This document shows, piece after piece, positions 1 to 12,300 of a stretch of DNA of 64,000 nucleotides; the first letter of the stretch is position 1, and each line of letters opens with the position of its first letter. The DNA lies in assembly GCA_964247055.1 (NCBI GenBank), contig OZ176052.1, positions 13,206,001-13,270,000 on the forward strand, read 5' to 3'. Made by a program: the position numbers and the translations under genes. The notes under the pieces are model-generated. The model was not told the DNA's origin, ran no database searches, and saw only the letters and a list, made by a program, of their open reading frames with translations. This DNA is from Paragordius varius. Lineage: Eukaryota > Animalia > Nematomorpha.

Positions 1-191
1 AACGATACTTTAAAAATTAATGTATAAAACTAGTCGTATCAATAAATCGCATCAATACTCAAGTTAAACTTTATCCTTAAAAATTGGATATTGGTCACCG
101 GTGAAGAAAATAATTTTTTATACATTCTCTTAGTAAGACTACATCAAAATATAGAGATACTTTGACAAACTCTTTCATATTCGATTTTTAC
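1..191. repeat. Example long (191-bp) monomer with internal 13-bp tandem duplication
   Basis: Long form TAGTCG-TATCAATAAATCG-CATCAATAC versus short form TAGTCG-CATCAATAC, a 13-nt insert. Two alleles occur: ...AATAAATCG and ...AATAAGTCG. Confidence 0.97.
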
Positions 192-560
192 AACGATACT
201 TTAAAAATTAATGTATAAAACTAGTCGCATCAATACTCAAGTTAAACTTTGTCCTTAAAAATCGAATATTGGTCACCGGTGAACAAAATTATTTTTTATA
301 CATTCTCTTAGTAAGACTACATCAAAATATAGAGATACTTTGACAAACCCTTTCATATCCGATTTTTACAACCATACTTTATAAATTAATGTATAAAACT
401 AGTCGTATCAATAAGTCGCATCAATACTCAAGTTAAACTTTGTCCTTAAAAATCGGATATTGGTAACCGGTGAACAAAATAATGTTTTATACATTCACTT
501 AGTAAGACTACATCAAAATATAGAGATAGTTTGACAAACTCTTTCATATCCGATTTTTAC

Positions 561-738
561 AACGATACTTTAAAAATTAATGTATTAAACTAGTCGCATC
601 AATACTCAAGTTAAACTTTGTCCTTAAAAATCGGATATTGGTCACCGGTGAACAAAATTATTTTTTATACATTCTCTTAGTAAGACTACATCAAAATATA
701 GAGATAGTTTGACAAACTCTTTCATATCCGATTTTTAC
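561..738. repeat. Example standard 178-bp monomer (near consensus)
   Basis: Anchors at 561 and 739. Contains SpeI ACTAGT 589-594, DraI TTTAAA, BstEII GGTCACC and the AgeI/SgrAI palindrome TCACCGGTGA 642-651. Confidence 0.97.
625..737. repeat. Perfect 14-bp inverted repeat pair present in consensus monomers (example copy)
   Basis: TAAAAATCGGATAT (625-638) is the exact reverse complement of ATATCCGATTTTTA (724-737). Confidence 0.95.
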
Positions 739-2913
739 AACGATACTTTAAAAATTAATGTATAAAACTAGTCGCATCAATACTCAAATTAAACTTTGTC
801 CTTAAAAATCGGATATTGGTCACCGGTGAACAAAATTATTTTTTATATATTCTCTTAGCAAGACTGCATCAAAATATAGAGATAGTTTGACAAACTCTTT
901 CATATCCGATTTTTACAACGATACTTTATAAATTAATGTATAAAACTAGTCGTATCAATAAGTCGCATCAATACTCAAGTTAAACTTTGTCCTTAAATAT
1001 CGAATATTGGTCACCGGTGAACAAAATTATTTTTTATACATTCTCTTCGTAAGACTACATCAAAATATAGAAATAGTTTGACAAACTCTTTCATATCCGA
1101 TTTTTACAACGATACTTTAAAAATTAATGTATAAAACTAGTCGCATCAATACTCAAGTTAAACTTTGTCCTAAAAAATCGAATATTGGTCACCGGTGAAC
1201 AAAATTATATTTTATACATTCTCTTATTAAGACTACATCAAAATATAGAGATAGTTTGACAAACTCTTTCATATCCGATTTTTACAACGATACTTTAAAA
1301 ATTAATGTATAAAACTAGTCGCATCAATACTCAAGTTAAACTTTGTCCTTAAAAATCGAATATTGGTCACCGGTGAACAAAATTATTTTTTATACATTCT
1401 CTTAGTAAGACTACATCAAAATATAGAGATACTTTGACAAACTCTTTCATATCCGATTTTTACAACGATACTTTAAAAATTATGGTATTAAACTAGTCGC
1501 ATCAATACTCAAATTAAACTTTGTCCCTAAAAATCGGATATTGGTCACCGGTGAACAAAATTATTTTTTATACATTCTCTTAGCAAGACTACATCAAAAT
1601 ATAGAGATAGTTTGACAAACTCTTTCATATCCGATTTTTACAACGATACTTTAAAAATTAATGTATAAAACTAGTCGCATCAATACTCAAGTTAAACTTT
1701 ATCCTTAAAAATTGGATATTGGTCACCGGTGAGGAAAATAATATTTTATACATTCTCTTAGTAAGACTACATCAAAATATAGAGATAGTTTGACAAACTC
1801 TTTCATATCCGATTTTTACAACGATACTTTAAAAATTAATGTATTAAACTAGTCGCATCAATACTCAAGTTAAACTTTGTCCTTAAAAATCGGATATTGG
1901 TCACCGGTGAACAAAATTATTTTTTATACATTCTCTTAGCAAGACTACATCAAAATATAGAGATAGTTTGACAAACTCTTTCATATCCGATTTTTACAAC
2001 GATACTTTATAAATTAATGTATAAAACTAGTCGTATCAATAAGTCGCATCAATACTCAAGTTAAACTTTGTCCTTAAAAATCGGATATTGGTCACCGGTG
2101 AACAAAATAATTTTTTATACATTCTCTTAGTAAGACTACATCAAAATATAGAGATAGTTTGACAAACTCTTTCATAACCGATTTTTACAATGATACTTTA
2201 AAAATTATGGTATTAAACCAGTCGCATCAATACTCAAGTTAAACTTTGTCCTTAAAAATCGGATATTGGTCACCGGTGAACAAAATTATTTTTTATACAT
2301 TCTCTTAGTAAGACTACATCAAAATATAGAAATAGTTTGACAAACTCTTTCATATCCGATTTTTACAACGATACTTTAAAAATTAATGTATAAAACTAGT
2401 CGCATCAATACTCAAATTAAACTTTGTCCTTAAAAATCGGATATTGGTCACCGGTGAACAAAATTATTTTTTATATATTCTCTTAGCAAGACTGCATCAA
2501 AATATAGAGATAGTTTGACAAACTCTTTCATATCCGATTTTTACAACGATACTTTATAAATTAATGTATAAAACTAGTCGTATCAATAAGTCGCATCAAT
2601 ACTCAAGTTAAACTTTGTCCTTAAATATCGAATATTGGTCACCGGTGAACAAAATTATTTTTTATACATTCTCTTCGTAAGACTACATCAAAATATAGAA
2701 ATAGTTTGACAAACTCTTTCATATCCGATTTTTACAACGATACTTTAAAAATTAATGTATAAAACTAGTCGCATCAATACTCAAGTTAAACTTTGTCCTA
2801 AAAAATCGAATATTGGTCACCGGTGAACAAAATTATATTTTATACATTCTCTTATTAAGACTACATCAAAATATAGAGATAGTTTGACAAACTCTTTCAT
2901 ATCCGATTTTTAC
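739..2913. repeat. Duplicated 3-monomer block: 739-1285 repeated at 2367-2913
   Basis: Shared private variants AGCAAGACTGC, CTTAAATATCGAA, CTTCGTAAG, CCTAAAAAATCGAA and CTTATTAAG. Offset 1628 = 9x178 + 2x13. Confidence 0.9.
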
Positions 2914-3638
2914 AACGATACTTTAAAAATTAATGTATAAAACTAGTCGCATCAATACTCAAGTTAAACTTTGTCCTTAAAAATCGAATATTGGTCACCG
3001 GTGAACAAAATTATTTTTTATACATTCTCTTAGTAGGACTACATCAAAATATAGAGATAGTTTGGCAAACTCTTTCATATCCGATTTTTACAACGATACT
3101 TTAAAAATTAATGTATAAAACTAGTCGTATCAATAAATCGCATCAATACTCAAGTTAAACTTTATCCTTAAAAATTGGATATTGGTCACCGGTGAAGAAA
3201 AAAATTTTTTATACATTCTCTTAGTAAGACTACATCAAAATATAGAGATACTTTGACAAACTCTTTCATATTCGATTTTTACAACGATACTTTAAAAATT
3301 AATGTATAAAACTAGTCGCATCAATACTCAAGTTAAACTTTGTCCTTAAAAATCGAATATTGGTCACCGGTGAACAAAATTATTTTTTATACATTCTCTT
3401 AGTAAGACTACATCAAAATATAGAGATACTTTGACAAACTCTTTCATATCCGATTTTTACAACGATACTTTAAAAATTATGGTATTAAACTAGTCGCATC
3501 AATACTCAAATTAAACTTTGTCCCTAAAAATCGGATATTGGTCACAGGTGAACAAAATTATTTTTTATACATTCTCTTAGCAAGACTACATCAAAATATA
3601 GAGATAGTTTGACAAACTCTTTCATATCCGATTTTTAC

Positions 3639-6600
3639 AACGATACTTTAAAAATTAATGTATAAAACTAGTCGCATCAATACTCAAGTTAAACTTTATC
3701 CTTAAAAATTGGATATTGGTCACCGGTGAGGAAAATAATATTTTATACATTCTCTTAGTAAGACTACATCAAAATATAGAGATAGTTTGACAAACTCTTT
3801 CATATCCGATTTTTACAACGATACTTTAAAAATTATGGTATTAAACTAGTCGCATCAATACTCAAATTAAACTTTGTCCTTAAAAATCGGATATTGGTCA
3901 CCGGTGAACAAAATTATTTTTTATACATTCTCTTAGTAAGACTACATCAAAATATAGAAATAGTTTGACAAACTCTTTCATATCCGATTTTTACAACGAT
4001 ACTTAAAAAATTAATGTATAAAACTAGTCGCATCAATACTCAAGTTAAACTTTGTCCTTAAAAATCGAATATTGGTCACCGGTGAACAAAATTATATTTT
4101 ATACATTGTCTTAGTAAGACTACATCAAAATATAGAGATAGTTTGACAAACTCTTTCATATCCGATTTTTACAACGATACTTTAAAAATTAATGTATAAA
4201 ACTAGTCGCATCAATACTCAAGTTAAACTTTGTCCTTAAAAATCGAATATTGGTCACCGGTGAACAAAATTATTTTTTATACATTCTCTTAGTAGGACTA
4301 CATCAAAATATAGAGATAGTTTGGCAAACTCTTTCATATCCGATTTTTACAACGATACTTTAAAAATTAATGTATAAAATTAGTCGTATCAATAAATCGC
4401 ATCAATACTCAAGTTAAACTTTGCCCTTTAAAATCGGATATTGGTCACCGGTGAACAAAATAATTTTTTATACATTCTCTTAGTATGACTACATCAAAAT
4501 ATAGAGATAGTTTGACAAACTCTTTCATATCCGATTTTTACAACGATAGTTCAAAAATTAATGTATTAAACTAGTCGCATCAATACTCAAGTTAAACTTT
4601 GTCCTTAAAAATCGGATATTGGTCACCGGTGAACAAAATTATTTTTTATACATTCTCTTAGTAAGACTACATCAAAATATAGAGATAGTTTGACAAACTC
4701 TTTCATATCCGATTTTTACAACGATACTTTAAAAATTAATGTATAAAACTAGTCGCATCAATACTCAAGTTAAACTTTATCCTTAAAAATTGGATATTGG
4801 TCACCGGTGAGGAAAATAATATTTTATACATTCTCTTAGTAAGACTACATCAAAATATAGAGATAGTTTGACAAACTCTTTCATATCCGATTTTTACAAC
4901 GATATTTTAAAAATTAATGTATAAAACTAGTCGCATCAATACTCAAGTTAAACTTTGTCCTTAAAAATCGAATATTGGTCACCGGTGAACAAAATTATTT
5001 TTTATACATTCTCTTAGTAGGACTACATCAAAATATAGAGATAGTTTGGCAAACTCTTTCATATCCGATTTTTACAACGATACTTTAAAAATTAATGTAT
5101 AAAATTAGTCGTATCAATAAATCGCATCAATACTCAAGTTAAACTTTGCCCTTAAAAATCGGATATTGGTCACCGGTGAACAAAATAATTTTTTATACAT
5201 TCTCTTAGTATGACTACATCAAAATATAGAGATAGTTTGACAAACTCTTTCATATCCGATTTTTACAACGATAGTTCAAAAATTAATGTATTAAACTAGT
5301 CGCATCAATACTCAAGTTAAACTTTGTCCTTAAAAATCGGATATATGTCACCGGTGAACAAAATTATTTTTTATACATTCTCTTAGTAGGACTACATCAA
5401 AATATAGAGATAGTTTGGCAAACTCTTTCATATCCGATTTTTACAACGATACTTTAAAAATTAATGTATAAAACTAGTCGCATCAATACTCAAGTTAAAC
5501 TTTGTCCTTAAAAATCGAATATTGGTCACCGGTGAACAAAATTATTTTTTATACATTCTCTTAGTAAGACTACATCAAAATATAGAGATAGTTTGGCAAA
5601 CTCTTTCATATCCGATTTTTACAACGATACTTTAAAATTTAATGTATAAAACTAGTCGCATCAATACTCAAGTTAAACTTTGTCCTTAAAAATCGAATAT
5701 TGGTCACCGGTGAACAAAATTATTTTTATACATTCTCTTAGTAGGACTACATCATAATAAAGAGATAGTTTGACAAACTCTTTCATATCCGATTTTTACA
5801 ACGATACTTTAAAAATTAATGTGTTAAACTAGTTGCATCAATACTCAAGTTAAACTTTGTCCTTAAAAATCGGATATTGGTCACCGGTGAACAAAATTAT
5901 TTTTTATACATTCTCTTAATAAGACTACATCAAAATATAGAGATAGTTTGACTAACTCTTTCATATCCGATTTTTACAACGATACTTTAAAAATTAATGT
6001 ATAAAACTAGTCGCATCAATACTCAAGTTAAACTTTGTCCTTAAAAATCGAATATTGGTCACCGGTGAACAAAATTATTTTTTATACATTCTCTTAGCAA
6101 GACTACATCAAAATATAGAGATAGTTTGACAAACTCTTTCATATCCGATTTTTACAACGATACTTTAAAAATTAATGTATAAAACTAGTCGCATCAATAC
6201 TCAAGTTAAACTTTATCCTTAAAAATTGGATATTGGTCACCGGTGAACAAATTAATTTTTTATACATTCTCTTAGTAAGACTACATCAAAATATACAGAT
6301 AGTTTGACAAACTCTTTCATATCCGATTTTTACAACGATACTTTAAAAATTATGGTATTAAACTAGTCGCATCAATACTCAAATTAAACTTTGTCCTTAA
6401 AAATCGGATATTGGTCACCGGTGAACAAAATTATTTTTTATATATTCTCTTAGCAAGACTACATCAAAATATAGAGATAGTTTGACAAACTCTTTCATAT
6501 CCGATTTTTACAACCATACTTTAAAAATTAATGTATGAAACTAGTCGTATCAATAAATCGCATCAATACTCAAGTTAAACTTTGTCCTTAAAAATCGGAT

Positions 6601-9396
6601 ATTGGTCACCGGTGAACAAAATTATTTTTTATACATTCTCTTAGTAAGACTACATCAAAATATAGAGATAGTTTGACAAACTCTTTCATATCCGATTTTT
6701 ACAACGATACTTTAAAATTAATGTGTTAAACTAGTCGCATCAATACTCAAGTTAAACTTTGTCCTTAAAAATCGAATATTGGTCACCGGTGAACAAAATT
6801 ATTTTTTATACATTCTCTTAGTAAGACTACATCAAAATATAGAGATAGTTTGACAAACTCTTTCATATCCGATTTTTACAACGATACTTTAAAAATTAAT
6901 GTATAAAACTAGTCGCATCAATACTCAAGTTAAACTTTATCCTTAAAAATTGGATATTGGTCACCGGTGAGGAAAATAATATTTTATACATTCTCTTAGT
7001 AAGACTACATCAAAATATAGAGATAGTTTGACAAACTCTTTCATATCCGATTTTTACAACGATACTTTAAAAATTATGGTATTAAACTAGTCGCATCAAT
7101 ACTCAAATTAAACTTTATCCTTAAAAATCGGATATTGGTCACCGGTGAACAAAATTATTTTTTATACATTCTCTTAGTAAGACTACATCAAAATATAGAA
7201 AGTGTTTGACAAACTCTTTCATATCCGATTTTTACAACGATACTTAAAAAATTAATGTATAAAACTAGTCGCATCAATACTCAAGTTAAACTTTGTCCTT
7301 AAAAATCGAATATTGGTCACCGGTGAACAAAATTATATTTTATACATTGTCATAGTAAGACTACATCAAAATATAGAGATAGTTTGACAAACTCTTTCAT
7401 ATCCGATTTTTACAACGATACTTTAAAAATTAATGTATAAAACTAGTCGCATCAATACTCAAGTTAAACTTTGTCCTTAAAAATCGAATATTGGTCACCG
7501 GTGAACAAAATTATTTTTTATACATTCTCTTAGTAGGACTACATCAAAATATAGAGATAGTTTGGCAAACTCTTTCATATCCGATTTTTACAACGATACT
7601 TTAAAAATTAATGTATAAAATTAGTCGTATCAATAAATCGCATCAATACTCAAGTTAAACTTTGCCCTTAAAAATCGGATATTGGTCACCGGTGAACAAA
7701 ATAATTTTTTATACATTCTCTTAGTATGACTACATCAAAATATAGAGATAGTTTGACAAACTCTTTCATATCCGATTTTTACAACGATAGTTCAAAAATT
7801 AATGTATTAAACTAGTCGCATCAATACTCAAGTTAAACTTTGTCCTTAAAAATCGGATATTGGTCACCGGTGAACAAAATTATTTTTTATACATTCTCTT
7901 AGTAGGACTACATCAAAATATAGAGATAGTTTGGCAAACTCTTTCATATCCGATTTTTACAACGATACTTTAAAAATTAATGTATAAAACTAGTCGCATC
8001 AATACTCAAGTTAAACTTTGTCCTTAAAAATCGAATATTGGTCACCGGTGAACAAAATTATTTTTTATACATTCTCTTAGTAAGACTACATCAAAATATA
8101 GAGATAGTTTGGCAAACTCTTTCATATCCGATTTTTACAACGATACTTTAAAATTTAATGTATAAAACTAGTCGCATCAATACTCAAGTTAAACTTTGTC
8201 CTTAAAAATCGAATATTGGTCACCGGTGAACAAAATTATTTTTATACATTCTCTTAGTAGGACTACATCAAAATAAAGAGATAGTTTGACAAACTCTTTC
8301 ATATCCGATTTTTACAACGATACTTTAAAAATTAATGTGTTAAACTAGTTGCATCAATAATCAAGTTAAACTTTGTCCTTAAAAATCGGATATTGGTCAC
8401 CGGTGAACAAAATTATTTTTTATACATTCTCTTAATAAGACTACATCAAAATATAGAGATAGTTTGACAAACTCTTTCATATCCGATTTTTACAACGATA
8501 CTTTAAAAATTAATGTATAAAACTAGTCGCATCAATACTCAAGTTAAACTTTGTCCTTAAAAATCGAATATTGGTCACCGGTGAACAAAATTATTTTTTA
8601 TACATTCTCTTAGCAAGACTACATCAAAATATAGAGATAGTTTGACAAACTCTTTCATATCCGATTTTTACAACGATACTTTAAAAATTAATGTATAAAA
8701 CTAGTCGCATCAATACTCAAGTTAAACTTTATCCTTAAAAATTGGATATTGGTCACCGGTGAACAAATTAATTTTTTATACATTCTCTTAGTAAGACTAC
8801 ATCAAAATATAGAGATAGTTTGACAAACTCTTTCATATCCGATTTTTACAACGATACTTTAAAAATTATGGTATTAAACTAGTCGCATCAATACTCAAAT
8901 TAAACTTTGTCCTTAAAAATCGGATATTGGTCACCGGTGAACAAAATTATTTTTTATATATTCTCTTAGCAAGACTACATCAAAATATAGAGATAGTTTG
9001 ACAAACTCTTTCATATCCGATTTTTACAACCATACTTTAAAAATTAATGTATGAAACTAGTCGTATCAATAAATCGCATCAATACTCAAGTTAAACTTTG
9101 TCCTTAAAAATCGGATATTGGTCACCGGTGAACAAAATTATTTTTTATACATTCTCTTAGTAAGACTACATCAAAATATAGAGATAGTTTGACAAACTCT
9201 TTCATATCCGATTTTTACAACGATACTTTAAAAATTAATGTGTTAAACTAGTCGCATCAATACTCAAGTTAAACTTTGTCCTTAAAAATCGAATATTGGT
9301 CACCGGTGAACAAAATTATTTTTTATACATTCTCTTAGTAAGACTACATCAAAATATAGAAATAATTTGACAAACTCTTTCATATCCGATTTTTAC
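3639..9396. repeat. Higher-order repeat: about 2.5-kb 14-mer in two tandem copies; the first copy has an extra 4-monomer (725-bp) internal duplication
   Basis: Copy 1 is 3639-6879 (18 monomers) and copy 2 is 6880-9396 (14 monomers). The same ordered markers occur in both: GAGGAAAATAATAT, CATTGTC, AAAATTAGT+TGCCC+AGTATGAC, GATAGTTC, TTTAAAATTT, AGTTGC, ACAAATTAATT, TATGAAA. Offsets are 3241 before and 2516 after the 725-bp insert. Confidence 0.88.
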
Positions 9397-12300
9397 AACG
9401 ATACTTTAAAAATTAATGTATTAAACTAGTCGCATCAATACTCAAGTTAAACGTTGTCCTTAAAAATCGGATATTGGTCACCGGTTAACAAAATTATTTT
9501 TTATACATTCTCTTAGCAAGACTACATCAAAATATAGAGATAGTTTGACAAACTCTTTCATATCCGATTTTTACAACCATACTTTATAAATTAATGTATA
9601 AAACTAGTCGTATCAATAAGTCGCATCAATACTCAAGTTAAACTTTGTCCTTAAAAATCGGATATTGGTAACCGGTGAACAAAATAATTTTTTATACATT
9701 CACTTAGTAAGACTACATCAAAATATAGAGATAGTTTGACAAACTCTTTCATATCCGATTTTTACAACGATACTTTAAAAATTAATGTATTAAACTAGTC
9801 GCATCAATACTCAAGTTAAACTTTGTCCTTAAAAATCGGATAATGGTCACCGGTGAACAAAATAATTTTTTATACATTCTCTTAGTAAGACTACATCAAA
9901 ATATAGAGATAGTTTGACAAACTCTTTCATATCCGATTTTTACAACGATACTTTAAAAATTAATGTATTAAACTAGTCGCATCAATACTCAAGTTAAACT
10001 TTGTCCTTAAAAATCGGATATTGGTCACCGGTGAACAAAATTATTTTTTATACATTCTCTTAGCAAGACTACATCAAAATATAGAGATAGTTTGACAAAC
10101 TCTTTCATATCCGATTTTTACAACGATACTTTATAAATTAATGTATAAAACTAGTCGTATCAATAAGTCGCATCAATACTCAAGTTAAACTTTGTCCTTA
10201 AAAATCGGATATTGGTCACCGGTGAACAAAATAATTTTTTATACATTCTCTTAGTAAGACTACATCAAAATATAGAGATAGTTTGACAAACTCTTTCATA
10301 ACCGATTTTTACAATGATACTTTAAAAATTATGGTATTAAACCAGTCGCATCAATACTCAAGTTAAACTTTGTCCTTAAAAATCGGATATTGGTCACCGG
10401 TGAACAAAATTATTTTTTATACATTCTCTTAGTAAGACTACATCAAAATATAGAGATAGTTTGACAAACTCTTTCATATCCGATTTTTACAACGATACTT
10501 TAAAATTTAATGTATAAAACTAGTCGCATCAATACTCAAGTTAAACTTTGTCCTTAAAAATCGAATATTGGTCACCGGTGAACAAAATTATTTTTATACA
10601 TTCTCTTAGTAGGACTACATCAAAATAAAGAGATAGTTTGACAAACTCTTTCATATCCGATTTTTACAACGATACTTTAAAAATTAATGTGTTAAACTAG
10701 TTGCATCAATACTCAAGTTAAACTTTGACCTTAAAAATCGGATATTGGTCACCGGTGAACAAAATTATTTTTTATACATTCTCTTAATAAGACTACATCA
10801 AAATATAGAGATAGTTTGACAAACTCTTTCATATCCGATTTTTACAACGATACTTTAAAAATTAATGTATAAAACTAGTCGCATCAATACTCAAGTTAAA
10901 CTTTGTCCTTAAAAATCGAATATTGGTCACCGGTGAACAAAATTATTTTTTATACATTCTCTTAGCAAGACTACATCAAAATATAGAGATAGTTTGACAA
11001 ACTCTTTCATATCCGATTTTTACAACGATACTTTAAAAATTAATGTATAAAACTAGTCGCATCAATACTCAAATTAAACTTTGTCCTTAAAAATCGGATA
11101 TTGGTCACCGGTGAACAAAATTATTTTTTATATATTCTCTTAGCAAGACTGGATCAAAATATAGAGATAGTTTGACAAACTCTTTCATATCCGATTTTTA
11201 CAACGATACTTTATTAATTAATGTATAAAACTAGTCGTATCAATAAGTCGCATCAATACTCAAGTTAAACTTTGTCCTTAAAAATCGGATATTGGTCACC
11301 GGTGAAAAAAATAATTTTTTATACATTCTCTTAGTAAGACTACATCAAAATATAGAGATAGTTTGACAAACTCTTTCATAACCGATTTTTACAACGATAC
11401 TTTAAAAATTATGGTATTAAAGCAGTCGCATCAATACTCAAGTTAAACTTTGTCCTTAAAAATCGGATATTGGTCACCGGTGAACAAAATTATTTTTTAT
11501 ACATTCTCTTAGTAAGACTACATCAAAATATAGAGATAGTTTGACAAACTCTTTCATATCCGATTTTAACAACGATACTTTAAAAATTAATGTATAAAAC
11601 TAGTCGCATCAATACTCAAGTTAAACTTTGTCCTTACAAATCGGATATTGGTCACCGGTGAACAAAATTATTTTTTATATATTCTCTTAGCAAGACTACA
11701 TCAAAATATAGAGATAGTTTGACAAACTCTTTCATATCCGATTTTTACAACGATACTTTAAAAATTAATGTATAAAATTAGTCGTATCAATAAATCGCAT
11801 CAATACTCAAGTTAAACTTTGTCCTTAAAAATCGGATATTGGTCACCGGTGAACAAAATTATTTTTTATACATTCTCTTAGTAGGACTACATCAAAATAT
11901 AGAGATAGTTTGGCAAACTCTTTCATATCCGATTTTTACAACGATACTTTAAAAATTAATGTATAAAACTAGTCGCATCAATACTCAAGTTAAACTTTGT
12001 CCTTAAAAATCGAATTTGGTCACCGGTGAACAAAATTATATTTTATACATTCTCTTAGTAAGACTACATCAAAATATAGAGATAGTCAAACTCTTTCATA
12101 TCCGATTTTTACAACGATACTTTAAAAATTAATGTATAAAACTAGTCGCATCAATACTCAAGTTAAACTTTGTCCTTAAAAATCGAATATTGGTCACCGG
12201 TGAACAAAATTATTTTTTATACATTCTCTTAGTAGGACTACATCAAAATATAGAGATAGTTTGGCAAACTCTTTCACATCCGATTTTTACAAGGATACTT

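Noticed and set aside
561-738. CENP-B box
   Set aside because: I found no match to the NTTCGNNNNANNCGGGN core on either strand of the consensus.
561-738. Promoter-like (TATAAA, TTGACA) and terminator-like motifs in each monomer
   Set aside because: These are expected by chance in ~72% AT sequence. They lack correct spacing and a downstream gene, and the short hairpins have no terminator context.
561-738. Strictly phased A-tracts causing intrinsic curvature
   Set aside because: The tracts start near monomer positions 12, 26, 53, 66, 94, 101, 133, 148 and 172, which is not a clean ~10.5-bp phase by eye. It would need a curvature calculation.
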